Assembly: GCA_965644295.1 (NCBI GenBank)
Contig: CBFFRP010000298.1
Span: forward strand, 620,001-684,000
Direction: 5' to 3'
Length of the DNA stretch: 64,000 nucleotides
From: Paraphysomonas bandaiensis
Taxonomy: Eukaryota > Protista > Chrysophyceae
This document shows, piece by piece, positions 38,906 to 51,880 of the stretch (the stretch's first letter is position 1; the number at the start of each line of letters is the position of its first letter). The translations under genes and the position numbers were made by a program. The notes under the pieces are model-generated. The model was given only the letters and a program-made list of their open reading frames with translations, searched no databases and was not told the origin of the DNA.

Positions 38906-39734
38906 AATCGTTTTTATGTGTTTATTGCTATTACAGAATTATATTATATATATTTAGTTAACTGGTAGCTTAGGGTGTAACCCGATGGGTGGGACACCGT
39001 ACATCAGGCGAGCGCAAGTCCCTCACGTGTAATAAACTACTATCCCATCAATCTTCAGTTAAACTTTTCCCATTTCTGTGATACTGCACATCTCGTAATG
39101 AACCTCCCCAATGCCGAAGTAGTCACAAAAGCCTGATGATTGTTACTGCTAGTACTGCCTGCTCTTCCCTAGCTACGTTCACAGTTTCTACAAAAACATT
39201 AAGAAAGCCGTGTGGTGCTTTCGACAATATCCAGCAGCTAGATATATACATAGATATCCATGTCTAATACTCTACATATGCTGACTGTATATTGGGGGTT
39301 TTATGCAAGAAAGCCCGTTCTAAGTGAATTCGGTCACCATAACGCGAGTGCACTGTATACTACGTCGTACAACATAGTAGGTATACGAAGTACGATATCT
39401 AGATATGTGGTACGAAGTATATGATGTTGAGTATACTAAAGTGGCATCAAACCAATCAAATGTATTAACAATAATTTAAAGTTATTTTATTGGATAAAAG
39501 ACTTGCGACACCTGCTTGCTTCAGTGACGATAAGAAACTTCGACTTTCTACTTCCTGTAAGTGGAGCTCATGTACACAGTGCATACACAGTATCGTATGA
39601 TGCGTGTGGCTTATATACTAAGCAGTAACGAATAAGTTAATATCACATAAATCTTAATGGTCAGTATACGTAATAAACATACCCTCCCTGCTCAGCAGAA
39701 ATAGATTCCTACTCCAGGAGACAAATTGTGACTT

Positions 39735-41904
39735 ATGGGCAGCGCTTCATCTACATCACATTACCAGAGCGCCTATCAGCCCCCTCCAATTGTAAGTATG
39801 AAATCTACATGTAAAACAGAGCGATTACTCGATACACCACTTGGAAATAATAGACGAAGACATAATATTCTTCAGCGGGCGACGACTTCGAATGCCGATA
39901 AAGATTTTCTTGAACTCATGCATCAAGAAGCTACTTTTGAGTCCGATAAATCAGTTGAAAAGCTGCTTCGGAACAGTATTCATGCGTTCTTCTTTCTTGA
40001 ATCCGATAATGATATGGTTGTGAACTTGATACTTAAGGCACTTCGAAGAGAGACGTCGGATGCGGATGATGTAATTGTGAAAGAAGGAGATGAAGGATCC
40101 AAATTATATATTTTGCAGAGTGGACAAATTGAGGTCACAATAAAGAACGAGATAATTCGCCGAATGGAGCCAGGGACTTTATTCGGCGAGCTAGCGCTAC
40201 TCTATGATGCTCCGCGTAGTGCTACAGTGAAATGTGTTTCTGACTGTATCTTTTGGTCATTGGAGAGAGACATATATCAAACTATTCAGCGTAATACAAC
40301 ATCAGCCACATTGAAGCAAAAATGTAAATGGCTGACAAATTGTCCTGAATTATCCAATATAGGCTCCTTGCAAATGTCAAGGCTTCTCCAGGTGCTGCAT
40401 AAGCAAGAAGCAAGAGAAGGTGATTTGATATGCAGCCAAGGTGATATCTGTGATCATGTGATACTTGTTGAGAGTGGAAGGGTGTTGGTGAAGTTGCCAC
40501 TAGAGTTAGACCATTCAAAATGTAATATTGATGAGATACTGGGCATCATACGCCCACCATGTGCAACTACAAACATTCAAAAGAGTAGTACGGACTGCAG
40601 CTGTTTTCACACTCTCTCCGAAGGGTGTATCATTGGTATGCATGTAGTGAAAGCCCACAACTCAAAGATCTCCAGTGGTAAGTGGAAGTATAATGAAGGA
40701 AACGTTACTTGCCCAGTTACTCTTGTGGCCGCTGAATACACGCAATACTCGTTATTTCCAATTGACTTTCTGGAGAGATTATTGCCCATTGGACTGAATG
40801 ATATAACGACACCGTCTCCATCTGCCAAGAACGCTCATGCTGTAACGACAAAATCCCCATGTAAGTATACACATTTCAAGTACACTAAAATGAGAATCGA
40901 TCGAATGATTGGTCAAGGTGGGTATGGTACAGTTGTACTGGGGTATTATGATCAGGATCCGGAACCGTATGCAGTCAAACTCATGAGCAAATCGACCATC
41001 GTCAACAATGGTCATGTACAACATGTGGCCGACGAACGCGCTTTACTAGCATCATTTTCTTGTCCTTTTGTCTTAAAGCTTTACGGGTCCTATCAAACTC
41101 CGGATGCTGTTGGACTGGTCACGGAGTATCTTGACCGGGGAGATTTGTGGAGTGCGATATATGAGAATCCAAAGTATGAGGAGAGTATTTCTATTATTTA
41201 TTTTATATTTATTTACTATGCCTTCCTTTGCGTAACAATGACATTCAGAATACTTGGCTCCTGAATTCATATTCTCTAATGGGAATGATCATGGAGTAGA
41301 TCTATGGGCACTTGGAGTAATCATGCATGAGATGTATATGCTGAAAACTCCATTTGCCTCAGTTCAAGATTCAACGGACATGCAAAAGCTCTTCACTGCT
41401 ATCGCCAACGTTAAGGTGTGTAATGAAATATGTTGTGCACTCTAGCTGTGTCCATTATTTACACGAGTTATATTTCCAATGAATTTATAGGCCAAAGGTA
41501 ATGCGGATTTGGATGTCAAAATCGACGTAAAGGACAAGACGTCATATGCTCGAAGCCTGATGACACATCTGTTGGCAGGAGACCCTTCCGAGTAAGTTAG
41601 TGTGGAACTGATTTTTTAAGTACTGGCATCGTAAACGTAGATATAATTTCTCAAAGCTCTTGTCTTGAAGAATATCTTTTAACAATTTCATTTCAGCCGT
41701 ACTGGATACTCAGACTATAGCACACGAACTATTCTAGATGACCCCTTTTTTACTAAGAGTGATGTCATTTCTGTGGAGAATGGAACCTACGTCCCGAGAT
41801 ATATACCTTGTCCGCGGCAAAATAATGTCAATGAGGGCGAAGTGAACTTGTCAGAAAAATTTGAATCATACTCAGGGATACAAGATATATTTCAAGATTT
41901 CTGA
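39735..41904 (+). CDS. cGMP-dependent protein kinase-like protein (2 cNMP domains plus kinase) with the catalytic core missing
   Basis: FGELALLYDAPRSATV; second degenerate cNMP domain; IGQGGYGTV, YAVK, ER..L; YLAPEF, VDLWALGV; AGC tail ..QDIFQDF*. No HRD/YRD or DFG segment is present. Confidence 0.8.
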
Positions 41905-42599
41905 TCAGCGAGAGGTGTATAGCTATATCCTTTATATCAAGACACTGTTTTATTGAAAATATATAATTTCAGCTGGCGCTCAATGCGTTATCTCAATGCA
42001 TCGTTTCCGCACATCTAACTCGTTTGTTTCAAATGCATATAAGTATATATGTGGATAACTCTGTTCAACAGAGCGTGTTTTGGTATTCATAGTTGCTATT
42101 TATGAACTGTTTTGCAAGTATAAATAGTCACTATCCACTATATTGATATATTCTATAGACATGCCAAATCATGCCAAATAAATAATAATTTATTCCTATA
42201 TAGAATTCTCGGTGCATACAGTTAATTTAGTTCAAGTGCAATATATACGCCAGTAATAGGTCCATAAACATGTTGACCTTAACGTACAATACTTCTAATT
42301 ATCTTTAACCTCTCAAGTGCATATATATTACAGTAATAATCATTCAATACTTAGATATGCAACCTGGTAAAATCGTTTACCAGGTTTTGGTATTACCTCG
42401 AGTTCGGCCTAAATGAAAAAAGGATAATTTAGCAATACATAGATACATATAGCAATCTGTATGAAATGTAAATCCTTGGTAATCACAAAGTTCCGGTAGG
42501 TATCTTCCATAACATCACAAGAAACTGCGAGTCCGACTTTGTTAATGAATATAGAAGTCTTTCTTAAAAGCACGTTGTGTGCTATAAAGCAAGGTTAAC

Positions 42600-42995
42600 T
42601 TCCACTCAACAAAGTCGGACTTGCACCTTTTCGTGGTATTCTCTGAGGGATAAGTACCGGAGTGATTTCTTCGGGACGCTAATGCGATTCGCAAACATAG
42701 ACAGCAGGTAATGTTCCACCCACTCACTTAGCAAAATGCTTGTGTAGTACAAGAAACACTAATAAGTGTCACTTGTGTAAACGTTTTTAGGCCTTGAATA
42801 ATAATAAGGCATCCCCTGGAAAGGGCCCACCTCAAGGGTAACCGGGGTATTGTGGGTTGCCTCTAGTGAAGTAAAGCATCCGGGATGTTCATCTTAAGGG
42901 CAGAGAGCGAAAGTGGTTGCACCTTCTTGGTGCTTGTGCGTCACTACAAGCAGGTTTCGTAGCGTTAAATAGTAGTAGGATATCAGAGTTAAGCT
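42600..42995 (-). repeat. Dispersed repeat R1, copy G
   Basis: CTCAACAAAGTCGGACTTGCACC...GGGCCCACCTCAAGGGTAACCGGGG...TTCGTAGCGTTAAATAGTAG. Confidence 0.85.
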
Positions 42996-43127
42996 CTATC
43001 AAAGTTTGACATTATATTATGAGAAGTATTTACTTAACAACTGAAGGCAAACTTACACACAATGCTGAAAATTATAAATTATAATCAATACCTCTCTCAT
43101 TTAATAATTACAGTACAAAGTCTATTC

Positions 43128-43420
43128 TCCTACTATTTAACGCTACAAAACCTGCTTGTGCGTCGCCGCAAGCACCAAGAAGGTACAACCACCTCCGCTC
43201 TATCACTCAAAGCAAAACCGTGAGTAAGCAGAATGTTGATATACCTGACATCTGCTAACTTCAGGATTTTTTGAGTCCTTAAGGTGAACATCCCGGATGC
43301 TTGAATTCAGCAGGCAGCCCAATACCCCGGTTACCCTTCAGGTGGACCCTTTCCCGGGGATGCCTTCTTACATTGTTCAGAGCACCACGAAAAGGTGTGA
43401 GTCCGACTTTGTTGAGGGTA
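43128..43420 (+). repeat. Dispersed repeat R1, copy H; an inverted R1 terminus follows at 43590-43617
   Basis: CCTACTATTTAACGCTAC...GCAGGCAGCCCAATACCCCGG...GAGTCCGACTTTGTTGAGGG, then TTGCTAATAATAAGATATTCACTACTA. Confidence 0.85.
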
Positions 43421-44082
43421 TGTTGTCTCTACTCCCACTCATTCTCTTGTACGATCTTACTTCGTCACTGTAATTTAAATACCGTATAGCTACACCTTTG
43501 AATTGCTCTAATATAGCAGAATTCAACAAGCCGTAGTTAACTTGGAAATCAAAATTAGTTTTGACTACATTCAATCTTAAACGACATCCATTGCTAATAA
43601 TAAGATATTCACTACTAAATGACCTCCATAATTTTTGATTTCCTATCTATATTTTCCCGATGCTCGTCGTCGTGTGTGCTTTGTTCCTTTATTCAAGAAA
43701 AAATCACATTTTGGAAAATAGTTAGGAATAAGGATAATATTTGAGTACAGAACTCTGTTGAGACACTGATAATCACTATGCAGCCCAACGACAAACTTCT
43801 CTGTAACGATCCTTCTTGTAGCTGGTCTCAATCACATCAATAATATCTATTGTCGATAGTATCTCAATAGAAAGTAGTACGATACATATATATAATTACT
43901 TTACCCGAAACACATGTATTTCTCAGTTTCGGGGTGATGCAATCCAACAATACTGAGCTTTTTCGTAAGCCAGAGGACATATATTGCCACGGCTTCGTAT
44001 TCTAATTATCGCTAATGCTAACACACTATCAACATTCAACCATCTACTACGGAGCACATAAGCATCAGTCCTACTCGCACAC

Positions 44083-46716
44083 TCAATATTCCATACTCCC
44101 TTCAGTAATCTGGGTATAGAGATTACTAATTGTGGCCAAGGAGCAGAGGCTATTCGAGTATCTTGGTTTACGACTCGTGCAATATCTGGAAAACTTACGA
44201 TGCTGATCAGGTTGTGCAACTTCAGTATCACCTTTTCCCACACTATTCGTATTAAGGACATCACTATCAGATAATCTATCAGTTCGTGCTCGTTTCTCTG
44301 TGCCACATGCGGCATCCTCTGCAAAGGCACGCTTTTTTGGATTCCTGTCCCCCGCACGCAATGTGTGCATATGAACCTTGTGTTCCTCTGCGCACGACGC
44401 ATCACTACTATTATCAAGACTATCGTAAACATGATCTGGGAAATTAAAGGGGGGCTCTTCTCTGAGAAACGAATCAGTCGAATCTGTGTTTCCACCCCTC
44501 GTCCTCAGCACCGGACGACTTGGTGTAGCTTGGTATGTGGACTTATTGCCCAACTTCACATGAGTATTATCGTTTTTGGGCATCGAATCCTTTTTTCTCC
44601 TCCCAGTGTCGACGATGGCGGTACTAGACCTAGGCCGTTTACAATCCGTCGTCTTAGAGTGTTTGGGAGGATAAGCAAGATTCCTCTTCTGTAACTCTTT
44701 GCCTCCCGATACACGTTCATACGATAATCCCTTTGAAAGGGACTTGCTGTCTTCATTCCCCGATTCTCCCGTATCACTACCATATCCTCTCTCTGACTCA
44801 CAGCTATCGTCATCCAACTGAGAAAACCGCATTTGCTTCAAAAACAATGCTATGTCGAATGCAGGATGCGATTCATCTCTATGAGTCTTGCATTTTATTG
44901 ACTTTGTCGGCTTGTCTCCAGGTTGTGCAGTGAACATATAATCAAATTTCTCCGCAGCGATCTTAATCAGCTCCTTCTTGATCTTCTCGCGCCGCCTCAC
45001 CCTGTCTACAATAAGTCTTGCCCTGTCCAGATCGTACCTTAGTCTGTGCAGTTGACTGTGCCCAGTGAGTAGTGAATCGATTTTGGAGTCCTCAGGGAGT
45101 GGCGGCATACTCGCCACTTGGTGCCACATATCCATCATAAAATTATGATAACACCGTAACAGCGAGTCCAATCGAGTGGCACGCTTCGTAATCCAGTAGC
45201 TGTATATCCGCGAGAGTACAGATCGTACAGCATCCGGGCATTCTGGAGGTGGGGTTGTAAGCACCCCTCGTCTATTCTTATCAACATGTGCTTTATTGGG
45301 CGCTGTTATAGATTCGCTCAGGGTAGGATTCATTCCATCATATGGTACAGGTGCTGGATAAGTTGCTTGATATACACCCGCCAATAACATTACAGCTCGT
45401 TCCTCAGGTACCAAAACACGTAAATTATCCTCAGAAAAGAATGTTGAACTGGTACCGCTATCGTGTCCTTCTGCAGGTTTGACATCGCTCTTGCTGACCC
45501 CACCTTGTATTGGTATATCACGTCTTGGATTCAAATTTGACCCCGTAGTCGTTTTCGCGTGGTCGGATATACATCCCACCAATTGTCCCACAGGTGGAGC
45601 AGGAAAAGATAATCGAGAAGTGTTGGAGAGGTCTACATCTGTACTGGAAACAGCCGTCCGAGAGCTCTGTGCATACGCTACTCTCTGCGCGTTGGCGCTA
45701 TCACCAACAAAATGCTCGTACGCGCGTTGTAGCACCTTATTTCTATGAGCTCCATTTCCAGTGGGTTCCAAGAATGCCTTTAGTTTGTCAATAGATTCAC
45801 GACTATCGTGGACAAGGTCGCGAGTCGTATTACATTGCTGCTGAGCTCTGATCTTTTCACGCAGAAATATTTTTGCTACCTCCAGCTCGCGCTCTAAAAC
45901 TGCTACCATACGTTCAAAGCAACGAATATCCGGCACTACAATGTTCGCTACACTGCCACTTGCAGCAGCACTTCGCTTGCTCCTATTCTTCCTCGACGGG
46001 GGAATAGGGTTGCTGTGCAGAGTGGAAACAAAGGATTCGTCATCGCTATCTGCATCATACTCGAGGTATTTCGAACAGCTATGGGAAGGTATAGATGAAG
46101 AGCGTGGCTGGTCATATGGCCGAGGAGCATGTGCGAGAGCACAGGTATTGGCACGCCGGCCCCCGTTTTTACTCCTAGTAGGACTCTTCTTAGTTGTCTT
46201 GTTACAGGGACTCTTACTCGTTGCGAATGGTACAGCAGATTCAAGTGCCGTAGTAACTCCGGGTGTGAGAACCACCCCATCAGTAGAACCTATCGTGTCA
46301 GCATATAGCGCAAACGGTTCATGGGTGTCGGTAGACGGCTCATAATCGTCACTATTCAATAGCAGATTAAACTCGTGGATCTCCTTATCTGAAATATCCA
46401 ACCGATTCTGTATATCCTCCCCAGGACGGAGGATAGGAATAGGTTTAGTGTGATCTACTGCCATAGATCGGCGTCGCGATCGACGTGCAATTAACGCTGA
46501 CCCACTCACACCGCCAGCTTCCCCTTCTGAACCAGAGTGGGAGGCATCATACAACTCCAACCGACAAGGGCTTTCTGCACGACTTTTAACATAACTCCTA
46601 AAAGACCTGGTCCCTCTAGGGGTGGTCCTTGAGGCTGAACTGATAGCGTTCTTAGCAGTCAGTGTATTAGAAGATGGAGTTGAGGAGAGACGTTGACGGG
46701 ATCTCTTCTCATCCAT
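44083..46716 (-). CDS. Enhancer of polycomb-like (EPC/Epl1-type) chromatin protein, intronless
   Basis: AVDHTKPIPIL, EYDADSDDESFV, FERMVAVLE, IYSYWITKR..LLR, LRYDLDRARLIVDRVRRREKIK. Confidence 0.8.
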   Translation of the reverse strand: MDEKRSRQRLSSTPSSNTLTAKNAISSASRTTPRGTRSFRSYVKSRAESPCRLELYDASHSGSEGEAGGVSGSALIARRSRRRSMAVDHTKPIPILRPGEDIQNRLDISDKEIHEFNLLLNSDDYEPSTDTHEPFALYADTIGSTDGVVLTPGVTTALESAVPFATSKSPCNKTTKKSPTRSKNGGRRANTCALAHAPRPYDQPRSSSIPSHSCSKYLEYDADSDDESFVSTLHSNPIPPSRKNRSKRSAAASGSVANIVVPDIRCFERMVAVLERELEVAKIFLREKIRAQQQCNTTRDLVHDSRESIDKLKAFLEPTGNGAHRNKVLQRAYEHFVGDSANAQRVAYAQSSRTAVSSTDVDLSNTSRLSFPAPPVGQLVGCISDHAKTTTGSNLNPRRDIPIQGGVSKSDVKPAEGHDSGTSSTFFSEDNLRVLVPEERAVMLLAGVYQATYPAPVPYDGMNPTLSESITAPNKAHVDKNRRGVLTTPPPECPDAVRSVLSRIYSYWITKRATRLDSLLRCYHNFMMDMWHQVASMPPLPEDSKIDSLLTGHSQLHRLRYDLDRARLIVDRVRRREKIKKELIKIAAEKFDYMFTAQPGDKPTKSIKCKTHRDESHPAFDIALFLKQMRFSQLDDDSCESERGYGSDTGESGNEDSKSLSKGLSYERVSGGKELQKRNLAYPPKHSKTTDCKRPRSSTAIVDTGRRKKDSMPKNDNTHVKLGNKSTYQATPSRPVLRTRGGNTDSTDSFLREEPPFNFPDHVYDSLDNSSDASCAEEHKVHMHTLRAGDRNPKKRAFAEDAACGTEKRARTDRLSDSDVLNTNSVGKGDTEVAQPDQHRKFSRYCTSRKPRYSNSLCSLATISNLYTQITEGSMEY

Positions 46717-47577
46717 TTTACTGACTGAAACTGATTTATTTTGTTTCTGTTATACAGTGAGAGAGATGTGAATAGAGAATATATACGGAATGTACCTTCA
46801 CTGCAGTCGCTCTGGTCATTTATATATATATATAGACCCTCTCGATAGTCCGTATGAGCATGAAACAGAGAGAGAAGAAACTATGAAATGGTCACTAGAG
46901 ATGTGTTGAGGAGGTCATGCATTCACTGTGGAGCTAATTGTCTCGTTGTGAAATTACTTGAGTCGTGAATGTATAAGTGACATCATGTTGTGGTTAATGT
47001 ATGCAGATATGTGTACATGATCCACTTCCCTCATTCAAGTACATGTCGCTACATACAGCGATATATCATACACATACATCATACAGCAGCATATATACTA
47101 CTGCTCTGTATATAGTTACAGTATCATATGCCTACATATGACATATACAAAAAAAGCACCGCATCATCCCTCTCTTGTCTCTGATTGGTTTATCATCCTT
47201 CTCTTGTTTCGAACATTGAGGTGGTGTATATGAGTGGCTGGGGTAATCAAACACTTTCTAACACAAAAATTGTATAATCATTACAAAAATCCGTAATTTT
47301 CTCAATTTCTCACCTTATTTTTCGCGATATTCCCCAATAAAAGAACACCAACACATAAAAGAATAGAACGCGCATATACAGCAGTATGTACAGCAGTATC
47401 ATTCCACTCAGCTCTACGTATACTGCACCGGGTACATGTATACACAAAGGATGGGGGTGGTATCTTAGCAGAACCCTCCTGAGAGTATCCTCATAGTTCA
47501 TACATAAGCTGCATGCATAGTTCATAGCTTCCATATATCCACGTATCACCTAACTGACCTCATCATACGAAATAACA

Positions 47578-49064
47578 ATGTCACTTCAACTTAATCACTT
47601 AGTTTCTGTGAGTCAAATATCCAGAGAACTAGTCCGGTAGAGACTCTTATGATCCTATACATGAACTGACATTAAACCATCACAGAGAATTAATCACAAA
47701 TGCTGAGTCTATGAGAGCATTAGTTCTAAGTCAAGGGGGAGATGACAGTATGAAGCACAGGGTTATGGCGAATGTGTTCTTTGAAGCTTCTACAAGAACG
47801 TCATGTTCGTTTCAAGCTGCTATGCAGCGTTTAGGAGGAAGCGTAGTATGTGTTTCGGAGGTAGAGCATGTTTATTGCACTATATCATAATGATGACATG
47901 TAGATGGGATCTAGTTCGCGTAAGGGAGAGGTGCTTGAAGATACGATTGCCACGATGGCGTGTTACTGTGACTTGATAGTCTTGCGTCACCCTATGAAGG
48001 TCAATGATCCATTTCGGCTTGTATGAGTATGATGTCATGCATATATAGGGGAGCGCAGAAATTGCTACGACTTACAGCTCAAAGCCAGTAATTAACGCTG
48101 GTACGTGAATAGTGTGCTGCTCTGCCATTTTGAACTTGACCTCATCTTTCGTAACTTACAGGAGACGGAACTGGCGAACACCCAACACAGGCTCTTCTAG
48201 ATATATATACTATTCATCTTGAACTTGGTCGAGTAGGACAGTGGAGAGTAAGGAGTGGTGAAATTGATCGCTCTGTTCCCGTGATGACTGTTACCATCGT
48301 GGGAGACCTAAAACACGGGTGCACCCCTCACTTGCATCCATCAAAACCTTATTCCTTATTTTCAGGCGTACTGTTCATTCTCTTGTACGTTTACTTGCAA
48401 TGTACCCAGGCTTGAAGTTGGTTTATATTTCTCCTTCCACTCTGCGAATGCCAGATGATGTAATTGAGGAGGTTCAGCATATAGCCAAAGGTCACGGGGG
48501 AATCGAGCAGGTGCCCCTATTCTCCGCCATATAAGTTTTAATGGCTTTTGTTTAGACAAGTCTGTCTGCCGATAGTCTTTTAGATGTAAGAACCTGCGTA
48601 ATGACAGTGTAAATGCATCTAGAGTAACAGAGATTACAGGGGGTTGCAGAGGCAGATGTTTTATATGTCACACGAATCCAGAGGGAGCGGTTCGAGTCTG
48701 AGGTAATTGTATAGCGCAATTTCATGCATAACTGAACTAGCGTTTTTCTTTGCGCAGCATGACTACCAAAAAGTGATGGGATCGTACTGTATTAATGCCG
48801 CTGCGATGTCTAGGGCAAAAGAAAATATGGTTATTATGCATCCTCTCCCCAGGTAGGATGCAATGCGTATATAATGTCATTACTCAACTTCTTCCTGCAG
48901 GGTTAATGAGATTGCTAAGGAAGTGGACTCGGACCCTAGAGCAGCATATTTCAGGTTCGAAGGCACCACTGCTATAGTTACGTTTGTATCTCATGTATTA
49001 CTGCAGGCAAATGGAGAACGGAATGCATATGCGTATGTCGTTGATCAAACACTTGCTTTTATGA
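47578..49064 (+). CDS. pyrB: Aspartate carbamoyltransferase, stand-alone, ~10 short introns
   Basis: [23 protein letters not shown]|[20 protein letters not shown]|[25 protein letters not shown]|[12 protein letters not shown]|QMENG. Confidence 0.93.
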
Positions 49065-49756
49065 ATATAGAATATGAAGGTCACTTTGAGAGGGCAAACA
49101 AAAATAACGCGGGATTAGTGTGGTAGATGTATGCGATTATTGGGAATGACGAATTGTAAGTTAACAGATCCCTGATCTTCCTTCAACGGGATTCCTATAT
49201 GCATTTGAGATATTAACGAAATAAATCATCAGCGTCATTTTTTTTCTTCTAGTAGACGTCACTGATTGACTTTTGTGTTTTGAAGTTTCACAATATTTCA
49301 GCTTCGCAGTTACGTTAATACAGAATTGCTGAGCGGGTACAAAATTTTCCTTATTTTGATAGTACAGAACTTCCTCGTGTAAATAAACAGATAAACGTAC
49401 CATTCATAGGTACCTATAATATATAATATATATTTTTAAACCGTACTGAATTCCGCACACTAGTTTACGGGTGCATCACTAGGTCAACGTTTAAAATGTT
49501 GAGTTTTTTTTTCAACAACACACCTCGCATATTGAGTATATAATGTATCTTTTATAATTATCATGTAGAACAAAACCATATCAATATAGGTTTCTATTGA
49601 TGCAACTGTATACCACTCAGGGAGAGATGGACGTTACAGCTTTCAAAAATACCATAAACGGACCTGCGTCAATGCATAATGACCACAAATACGCAGCACA
49701 GGTGGAATGTAATACTCTTCAGTGTATAAAATAATGTAGAAGACCTTTAAACGCAT

Positions 49757-51527
49757 TTACATCTCAGAAAGTATCTTCTGTGTCATCTTAAGGCAGTATT
49801 CTCCGCCATCCTTCTCCCTCCACTCTGTCAAATTTGCGGATGTTAGCGAGTTGTCCCCAGCTGCTCCTGCGATCATGTGTATGAGCTCCAACTGAAGGTC
49901 TGAGAGTGGAAGGCTTCCGTCATTTGCAGGAAGGGCATCCGGGATGTGTTCCCGAATAGAAAACACCTCCGGAAGAGTCTCAGGACAATCCGTGCGTACT
50001 TCGTCCAGTTCATCGAATATCCACCCGAATGTCTTGGCCCACTCATCCCGTTTAGTCAGGTATTCAGGCGCACTGTATCCCTCAGCAGGTGCGAATAACT
50101 CATGCACAACAGTTGACACTATGCTTGAGTGCTCATATTGACTTGGCCCATACTCTTCATCACCAGAAGCAGAGGAGTCTGGTGCATGGAACACGGATCC
50201 CTTCTTCACCCAGGGAGATACAACCACTGTGGGAACACGAACCCCCAGCCGAGTGAAATCAAAGGGATCATCGGTTGCATTTAGACCATCCGGGTTCGGT
50301 ACATTCTCGGGAGGGGGCACGTGGTCAAAGAATCCTCCATGTTCGTCATATGTAATCATGAACACAGTCTCCTCCCAGGCCGGTGACTTACGCACAGCCT
50401 CATATATATCCCTCACAAGAGCTTCACCTAGGGACACGTCATGATCGGGGTGTTGATCAGTTGCTTCTTCCCGTTCGGTAGTAAAGTATGCAGGTTCCAC
50501 CCACACAAACTCGGGGATGTCTCCGGTCTCAAGGTCTTCGTATAGCTTATTGAGGAAACGGTACCTCTTCCTGAAATCGAGTATTAATGTGAAAATATCA
50601 ACATTATAAGCTGCTTACAACGCTTCTTTCTGGCGCATGTCTTTGAATTGTGCCACAGTAGCGATTTGTTTGACATAAACCTATTAAAGTATTAGTATTC
50701 CAAGCAATCGGACAGTGTATATAATACTCTGTAATCAAGCCCCATATCAAGTAGTTGCTGAAACATTGTTTTCTGCGGAAGTCCTTTAGCCATGGTTTCA
50801 TCATCGTTAGTACCCATCCCATGACTAGTTGCGCTGGCAGCATATGCGCGGTTAACCATAGTTGGTCCTGGGACACTAGCATACCATCCTGCGCAAACTA
50901 TAACGAGGTCAACAAATAAACGAATTCAACTTACCGTCGAAGAATCCAAATTCCATTGATAAGTTAGTCATGATTGGCACGTGTTCAGGAGAGAAACACT
51001 TCATGATTTCGGCGCCAGCGGTTTCATTTCCACCATTTGCCGCAGTGTAAGAATAAATGAAACCATCCATCGTTGGCGTTGCCCCATCAGGTGGTGTCTC
51101 GTGCTCAGGGTAGCCATAAATTTGCGACGTCGTGGACGTTATAGAATGTCTATATCCACATCTTAAACCGCAGTAAACCGCCATACGAAACCTACCGTGG
51201 GTCCCTTTGTCTGTACACCGCAGTATTATCAACTGTGATAGATTGAGACGAGGGGTCTTGAGGATCGATATGATTGTAGCAGCCCTCTTGATCGGGCAGA
51301 CACCCGTTAACCTGTACATGCCATAACATATGAACACTCAATGATACAGTAACACTCCTTCCCTTCACCTCATTATTTAAAGTCTTTAAGAACCCCAACA
51401 TATGATTGAAGCTCCTGTTCTCGAGCATAAGGACGATGACATGTTTGATTCGACCGGATACAGAGACAGTCTGAGAGGCCACTATGAGGGAACATATCAC
51501 CACAATACACAGAGAGATAGATTTCAT
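49757..51527 (-). CDS. Secreted non-specific phospholipase C / phosphoesterase, paralogue 1
   Basis: Signal peptide; IKHVIVLMLENRSFNHMLG, WYASVPGPTMVNR, DQHPDHDV, TYDEHGGFFDHVPPP, LGVRVP, YEHSSI. Confidence 0.92.
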
Positions 51528-51782
51528 ATTGCAGGTTATCTTGTGTAGATATATGTGTGATAGTGGAAGGAAATTAGAGGGGAGTGTGATGATGTTATGG
51601 GATGATGCAGTGCTGTCACGCTGACATGTAGAGTATCTATGTGGTATATGGACATGTATTTGCATACTATACACAACTGTCGTATCTATATACAACAATC
51701 CTATTGGCTAGTACGGAATATACTGCAATAGTACAGTGCATGTACACTATACAATAGATACGCAATAGATGCAGACTCACAA

Positions 51783-51833
51783 TGTACTGCTGTACTCTGT
51801 TGTACTGCTGTACTCTGTTGTACTGCTGTACTT
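51783..51833. repeat. 18-bp tandem repeat (TGTACTGCTGTACTCTGT) x ~2.7
   Basis: Directly visible; contains three TACTGCTGTA motifs. Confidence 0.9.
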
Positions 51834-51880
51834 CTTCTGTTATGTAGATAGACGTATACTCCTGGATATACGCACAGCAG

